A stretch of DNA of 55,299 bases, counting the filler, from Squatina squatina (Eukaryota), in NCBI GenBank assembly GCA_031763465.1. It is 4 parts of 4 records of this genome, joined end to end, with 100 filler letters (N's around TTAATTAATTAA, not from the genome) between each part and the next. Parts side by side here need not be neighbours in the genome. Positions count along the whole stretch, not along the records: positions 41,678 to 55,299 come from JARFOE010000057.1; 3 more parts are not named here. One strand, 5' to 3'. Within the stretch, counting starts at the first letter, position 1, and each line of letters opens with the position of its first letter. Both the position numbers and the translations under genes were made by a program. Shown piece after piece: positions 48,102 to 55,299 of the stretch. The notes beneath the pieces were generated by a model. It was not told where the DNA came from. It saw nothing but the letters and a program-made list of their open reading frames with translations, and ran no database searches.

Positions 48102-51100
48102 GTCAAAACTAAGTGAGGTCAGTTTATGCAGAGACGAAAGTCAAAATGAAAATGTAAATAAAAGATGGAAATAGAGGATAGCAGAGACAACCTTAGAGCA
48201 AAATGAAACAATGAAAAATATCTAGAAGGGTAAAAATACAAGCGATTATAACTTGGAGGAGAAGANNNNNNNNNNNNNNNNNNNNNNNNNNNNNNNNNNN
48301 NNNNNNNNNNNNNNNNNNNNNNNNNNNNNNNNNNNNNNNNNNNNNNNNNNNNNNNNNNNNNNNNNACAGGTTTTATTTGAAGCCCCTTTATATAGTGGAA
48401 GTCAATTACATGGTCTAATACCTAGAACTGGAAATACTCACCCAACACAGGCACAGCAGTTTGAGTCACAGGTATTTTTCTAGTTAATGCTTTGAGCTAC
48501 CCATTTGGTAGTTACATAAATCATCTGTTCTCCCATCCTCTCCTGAAGCTGTTGTGGTTCCACAAACAGCAGCCACCTTTTCCGGCATCTCTATGGAGCC
48601 ACTGCAAAAGCACGATTTTCTGTCACGTAATATGCACCTCGGACCAGGACCATATTTGTTCAGACAGAATTGGGAGGAAATTACTTAGTGCAGAAATGAC
48701 TCTCCTGGACTTTCCTTCCCCTTTGTACAACTGCTCACTTTTTAAACATCTTTGTTTGATATGAGAGTCGTGACAAAACAACCCAGATGACCGGAGATGG
48801 TCTTTTGACTCATTTATACTTTGGCTGCTGGTCTCAATGCTTTAAAGCTTCCAGTCAGTCAGACACTACTCTCCTGCCTGTTCACGTTTGGACCTTCTCT
48901 TATAGCAGTTAAATGCACATGTTTAGAGAGCAATAGGAAAGTTCCTTATATGCTCAAGAACACCTTGAGGGACGATTTCCTCACTTGCCATTTGTAAACG
49001 TAAAAAGCATGCTTACAGTTTTAGTACAAACACCAAATTTTTATTCTGTGCAACTTTTCAAGATTTTTGTATCTGCATAAAAGTGGCCTTACCTCAATTA
49101 AAAGCACTATTATACTGAATGCTCCAACCAGATGGACGTAATTCCGAAAATTCTCTGCAATCATTGAGAAACATCCCTGAAACAATAAAAAATAATGAAT
49201 GCCTCACCTACAAAGGTTCAACACAGTGNNNNNNNNNNNNNNNNNNNNNNNNNNNNNNNNNNNNNNNNNNNNNNNNNNNNNNNNNNNNNNNNNNNNNNNN
49301 NNNNNNNNNNNNNNNNNNNNNNNNNNNNAAAGCATAAATCCTCCAATGATTTTCATAAGTAGTCTGCCATGAAATGGTTCTTCACAGCCTGAGGTGAATT
49401 TTAACTGCCACCCTGCCCCACCCTGACAACCATGCGTGCACTCTCCTTCTAATACAAGTCACTGATACCAACTCCTGAATTTGCACCACACAGTTTTGCT
49501 CCACGTTTCAGGTCACTGAGCTGTAAAGAGAGACTAAGGAAGGTAAATCTATTCCCACTGAAAATTGAAAAATTAAGGCAAAGGGGCAGGGTCTTTAAAA
49601 AATTCCTTCCTCTACTGAAGGTCTTTACTCTTACTAGGTATGGTTTCACAGATACTGGCCACCCCACTCCATGGTCATCCAAGAAACTATTGTTCACGTG
49701 TGAGCCTTGACAATGAGAATATTCACTGATGGAAATGGGGGACGAGAGCCAAATGTGATCATGTCCTCAGCTGACACCACATGCACAGACTTTCCAGCAC
49801 AGGTCACTAGATAGGTGTCAACAGTGTGAGCCTTAGGGTTGATCACTCTGGTTGGGCATATAGCTGGAACTTTCATCACATGAATTCGTGCCTCCAATGT
49901 TCCCACCTCCACTCCACCCTGCTCCAATATTTTATAACTAATAAATGAAAGCGTTCAAAGTAAATGAAAGAAAACACACAATTTTTTATATGCTCCTATG
50001 ATTATTCTCTCGGTTTGCTTACAGCAGTATCCAGGAGATTAATCTTCAATTCGTGACGATCCTGGAGGGATGGCAACTCTAAGAAGCCCTTACTGATGGG
50101 AGCCTAATGCTTTTGCACAGTTGCAAGCACTTAGCGGGCAAGCATAACACTAACTACCAGTATATGGCTAACCCGTCCATCATACCGTAACAGAACACAA
50201 CACGGGGCAACATCGAGGGTGACAAGGGGAGCAGCACTTTCCCTCAATGCTGCTGCACTCTGTGGCTAAACCCACCACAAGGAGTTCTGCAGAGAGAAAT
50301 ATGCAGAGGAGGAGATAAAGAGATAAGGGTGGAAGTTGCTGTGAGCTCAAGCCTTTTATTAACAGCAATACAAATGAAACCAGCGTTTGCAAGGATTTTT
50401 TTTCTTAATGCAGAAGGACGGAGCGACTTCTGACACTCCCCACCCCTGACCCCAGGCCAGGACAGTTCTAGTGCCCCAATGGTATATAGAAATGTATAGA
50501 GTATGTAATGGAGTGGAATGAATTCAGCTGAATGTTATGAATTTGTGTCTGCCATCGATAATATTTGGGGTTCAGTGGCCTCAAAATCGCAGTGGCCAGC
50601 CAGTCGCTCAGCCAGTCAGCTGCCCAGAAGTCAAAGTCGACCCCATGGAGTGATCAACATGTGAAATAGACCTCCAGTTAGAGCATTGGAGGAGAGAACC
50701 CTAGAATCATTTAGGAAGCATTGAATGCTACAATAGGGGATGTTACAATCTCCCTAGATGCATGAATTAAGATCGGTCAAATGGCTATCCTCATCCTGAA
50801 TGAAAACCTAATTTGGTGCTCATGTTACATTTGTGGTCAGAGAGTAAAGTGAGCCAATAAATTGTGCATTTATTAAATGAAGTTCGCTTTCAATTGGTGT
50901 ACCCAAATAATGGAGCAAAGCAATCAATCGCTGCTATAAATCTTAACAAACTACTAGTAGGTATACAAATTTCACAGTTAATTTGTCTTCCTGCTTTGTG
51001 TCACAAACACTTAATCAGTTGTTATGATGTCACTCTTGTTATTTAAGTTGTTTTGCACCCACTTCATCATCTAAAATCCAGACTGCAAAGGTGCTGAAAG

Positions 51101-51205
51101 CTTGANNNNNNNNNNNNNNNNNNNNNNNNNNNNNNNNNNNNNNNNNNNNNNNNNNNNNNNNNNNNNNNNNNNNNNNNNNNNNNNNNNNNNNNNNNNNNNN
51201 NNNNN

Positions 51206-51335
51206 AGAGGCCAGAATTTGAGGAGTGCAGGGATCTTGGAGGGTGTAGGACTAGAGGAGGCTACAGAGATAGGGAAGGGTGCGGCCATGGAGGGACTTGA
51301 AAACAAGGATGAGAATTTTAAAATTGAAGTGTTGC
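51206..51335 (-). mobile_element. L2-like LINE ORF2 C-terminal fragment
   Basis: Minus strand reads FKILILVFKSLHGRTLPYLCSLL, typical of the L2 ORF2 tail. Confidence 0.75.
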
Positions 51336-52474
51336 ATATTCAGCCAAACATTTTTTGTTCACCGATACTTGTACAAGCTGATTACTAACTTAGGAATACC
51401 CTTAAATCAAAATATCTGCCAGGACGTGGTTGGAAAATCAAAATCTTAGATTTAACTCAACAATCTATTAATCTATGTGGAAGTACTACTCTGGTCACTC
51501 TCAGTGGTTTTGCAAGCATGTTCTTTATGAACACATTTACAATCTTGCTTGACATGGTGGTCAGAACTCTCCCAGTCCCACCGCTCAGTTCACAAAACAA
51601 TTGAAATGTGTGTGAATAACTGAAGTAGCCCCAAATCCTTTACTAGGCCAATCCCACGACTGAAGAATAATTAGTTTAAAAAACAGCATTTATTTGATCT
51701 TAATCACGTGTACTGAGTTCATGGCTGTGCATTTGTGTAAATATTGCACTGTTATGATGACATTTTTTTTTCAAAGGTAAGAAGGAGCGTATTAAGAGGA
51801 GTTTATAATGAGAAGTAATTTTCTTGCCGAGTGTGTGCTGAACGTTTGCCAGTGAGCATTATGAACACTTCCCTCGAGAATGTTTTTACTCTCCCCTAAG
51901 AGTTTCCAAAGCATATACATTTCTCATCACAAGACTGGAAGATCTGGCATCCACTGCAACATCTGTAACTATTTTAGAATTGCATACAAAATAGTCAGAC
52001 AGGAAATAGTTTTGAAATGATATGGCAGGAGAAGCACATTTTAGCACCAACTTTCATAGTTTGCTAAATTACTCCTTGTAACAGGGGCCTTTCAGTGTGG
52101 ATATCCACTCAAAAGAATATGATGTCGGCACTTAAGATAATAGCACAGTAACATCACCGCCATCCCCTCGCACCCCCCCTCCCTCCCTTGCCCCATGTTC
52201 AGGTGAGACAATTATGGGACGATAAATTTGCAATATTTTGCCACCTGCACATCAACATTTACATCTGTATGAGTAATCTATCAGTTCTTGCATACAATCG
52301 AATAGACATCTTAAACAAGAATCCTGGGGTGCATGACTTCCCTTCACTCCCAACTCTCAAGTCCTTCATGAAACNNNNNNNNNNNNNNNNNNNNNNNNNN
52401 NNNNNNNNNNNNNNNNNNNNNNNNNNNNNNNNNNNNNNNNNNNNNNNNNNNNNNNNNNNNNNNNNNNNNNNNNN

Positions 52475-52770
52475 AGCCAGGATTATCTTGAGCAGTTTTG
52501 GCAGAGGAGAGCAGGATCCAAAAGTGCTTTATGTGGTCCAGCCAGATCTGTCGATGAAAGGCTTAACCAGTTATCCACCTTAAACTTTCAAGTCTGCGTC
52601 CCTGGTCTTAAGGGAGTGGAGATGGGGGCCGTACCAGGAAGAATGATGAGGGTGAGAGAGAGTAATGGTTTTAATGGGGACAAGGGCATCAAAGGTGGAA
52701 GTGAGGGTGTGATTGAGCAGATCGGTAGCTGCAGAAATGTTATAGTGAATGGAGGGTCAAAGGTGAACTC
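52475..52770 (-). mobile_element. L2-like LINE fragment (endonuclease-RT linker)
   Basis: Minus strand reads SAATDLLNHTLTSTFDALVPIKTITLS and PWYGPHLHSLK, similar to L2 ORF2. Confidence 0.65.
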
Positions 52771-54215
52771 TCACTTCTACTGAACAACACTAATAACCTC
52801 TTCTCATGTTTCTCTGTAATTTGTCTGCTAACCTTATGCTTTCTTTATACACACATACTAAGGGCAGAGTTACTACCTAGTGACATTTTAATCTTGCACT
52901 CACAGTTTGCAATTTCTCACTGACACTGACACTAACAATATGGACTCCGTTATTGTTCATAAAGGTTTGACCTGAAAGAAGTACTGGGATAAAGTTCTAT
53001 CAAGTCTTATCTGAGACTTTCCCCATTGCAAATGACTGCTTAAAAGCAATGCCCCCTACTTTAAGAAAGGGTATTAAGTCAGTAATTGCATCTTTGAGAT
53101 AGTGGGGTGAGATCCACTGGGTTTGCACCTCACAAGCACCCTGTCATAAATTCCATTCAGTGTCAGGGCGTGCTCAAGAAGCACCTGCCCTCAGTGACAG
53201 CCATATGTAAATCACAGAGTAAGATAGGCTTATGTCACCTGTCCTAAGTTCTGTTACTTGTACCTTTCCATGTGCCCTTGCGAAAGTGTGCCACTGTTTA
53301 AAAGGCAGAGTTTGCCAGGACCTGCTCAGCAAGACGGAAGCACGTGTTTAAAAGGAAATTGCTGAAGAAACCGCTGTGGACAATTTTGGCTGTTTCCTGG
53401 AATTGACTGCAGATATTTGAAAAATGTTCTCCCTGTTGTACTCAGGAAGCCTTCAGCTACATTTACATTATCATTGGAAAGCACTAAGTTTAAAGAGAAT
53501 TAGGGAGGTAGTATTTGAAGGTAGCAAAATGGGTTTCACAATGGGAATCCTGTAAAGGAAACCAGATTAATCAGGTAGCACTAGAGGAGAACCAGACCAT
53601 CCCAGCAGCACCCATCCCACAGGATGTCAATCCAGGCACATTTTCTGGGACTTTCACAGAAGCACTGATTCAGGAGGCTACACTTCAGTCATGAAGCATT
53701 GGAGAAGCTCTGATCATTGCTGCAGCCAAGGTCCACAGTATGGACAGCTTTGACTATGGCAGCGAAAGTGACCATAGCTCAAACTTTTATGTCACAGGTT
53801 TATTCCATGACTTTTCCATGACCATTCAAGGAAGCTACAGGGACCTTTGCTGGATCAGCTAATTCATTGATTATTCCTCTATAAGGCGTATATTCACCTT
53901 TTTGCCATGGCAGCTCAATTTAAACTCAGACAGGTTACTGAGAAGCCATTGGTTGTTTTAGAATTTCCCGATTCCTCAGGATTGCGGGGCTACTGATTGC
54001 AACCATTTGGCATTGCAAGCCCCAAATGTTAACATGCATTTTTACATCAACTCCAGGTCATTTGAGGCAATATGCACAACTTTGTGCATGTGAGTTCCCG
54101 ATATCTTGTGAGGGTNNNNNNNNNNNNNNNNNNNNNNNNNNNNNNNNNNNNNNNNNNNNNNNNNNNNNNNNNNNNNNNNNNNNNNNNNNNNNNNNNNNNN
54201 NNNNNNNNNNNNNNN

Positions 54216-54290
54216 GGCCCCTCCGACAGTGCAGCACTGCACTGGAGTGTCAGCCTAGATTTATGTGCTCAAGTCCCTGGAGTGGGATAT
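54216..54290 (-). mobile_element. DeuSINE-like fragment
   Basis: CCTCCGACAGTGCAGCACT..GGAGTGTCAGCCTAGATT..GTGCTCAAGTC..TGGAGTGGGA is the reverse complement of the Deu-domain 5' part. Confidence 0.65.
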
Positions 54291-54532
54291 AAATGCAAGT
54301 CTTTTCTTTTTCTTTCATCAACTATTCATTGGGAAGTTATTTATATGTAGGGCAAGTGATTTGTTATCACTGAGATCCTCTGGCATTTCCACTGCCTCTG
54401 CTAAATTGTGTTACTCAGGCAGCAGGTCATGCTGGGGTAAGTGTTAAAAAGTTGCAGGATTTGTGATAAGTTGTGGTAACAATATCCTGTCTCCGCTGTT
54501 TGCTAACAGATTTTTCATTTGCTCTCTTGTAG

Positions 54533-55187
54533 AAAACCATTGTTTTATCTTTTACCAGTAATGGTCAGAAGAAACCTCTTATCTTTTCTTCACCTGGGCA
54601 ACACCGTCGTACCTAAATACTGTCTGCGTCATCTCATCCTACAGCTGAGGCAAACCCCTGACACTGATCTCTGGACACAGAAATTAATTGACGTCCTGGA
54701 ACAAGACTTGGAAGGCGGACTATGTCATTTGCCGTCTGTTTCACATACGGACCGATCTCAGCAGCAATTGAAATGTCTCCGTCAAAAGTTAATGGGGATT
54801 TCTGAAGAGCATTCCACTTCTGAGAAAAGGTTAGGCTGGTACTTCAGCCAACAACAGAAGAGCAGCGGTAATGAATCCTCTGAAGGTACAGAGGGCAAGT
54901 CAGTATTAACACACAACTCTAAAAAACGGAAGAACTCTGCAAAAGATACATCTCCTTTGGATGATGATGAGCAAAGTGCAACAAAGAAAATAAAACTGGT
55001 ACAAGACGTTGTCTGTTTGGAGCCCTTTATTGGCAATGAGAAGCACGATGTCACCCCAGTGCCTGGGAGCTTGGAAACAGTGCAACTTATCCATATACAG
55101 GAGCATAACAAGTTGGGTGTCATTGAGGTGGAACAGAAAGCCCGTCCAAACACGGAGAAAAGATTTGATTTGCCAGAACATGTCAAG
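54533..55187 (+). CDS. FANCE: Fanconi anaemia group E protein, exon 2
   Basis: Branch-like TGCTAAC at 54501, acceptor ctctcttgtag, donor AAG|gtacaa, 655 nt, phase 2-0. KPLFYLLPVMVRRNLLSFL..DLWTQKLIDVLEQDL..SQQQLKCL..KKRK..KKIK..FDLPEHVK parallels recalled human FANCE KPLLLRLPRICQRNLMSLL..DAWLRALGELLRRDL..CQRQLQSL..LELPKAIQ. Confidence 0.85.
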
Positions 55188-55299
55188 GTACAAGTAATCT
55201 TTATTCAAATGAATGTAGAGGATGTTTGACAGGAATTGTTTATCATGAGTTTTGGATGTAGTTTGAGTTTTTTTTAATTCATTCCTGGGATGTGGGTGT

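Overview
This window is vertebrate genomic DNA, most likely shark (inferred from the repeat families), from a heavily gapped assembly; it is not prokaryotic. Three artificial 100-nt spacers (44 N + TTAATTAATTAA + 44 N) split it into four probably unlinked blocks: 1-15159, 15260-28237, 28338-41577 and 41678-55299. Exons were identified by hand translation, splice signals and recalled similarity to vertebrate proteins; no database search was run. Block 1 has a 240-nt minus-strand exon encoding a divergent CAP-Gly domain of an unidentified gene. Block 2 has the last exon of an NME3-like NDP kinase (-) and the first coding exon of RHBDL1 (+). Block 3 has the last exon of a PTTG1IP-family gene, and the promoter and first four coding exons of CDK14, plus a degenerate match to CDK14's mammalian alternative first exon. 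Block 4 has two exons of an MGAT4C-like glycosyltransferase (C-terminus apparently missing) and FANCE exon 2. The rest is intronic or intergenic DNA with decayed CR1 and L2 LINEs, SINEs and PIF/Harbinger remnants. Most ORF-track entries are spurious or run through N gaps. I found no convincing novel multi-gene system; the CAP-Gly exon is the best candidate for something uncharacterised.
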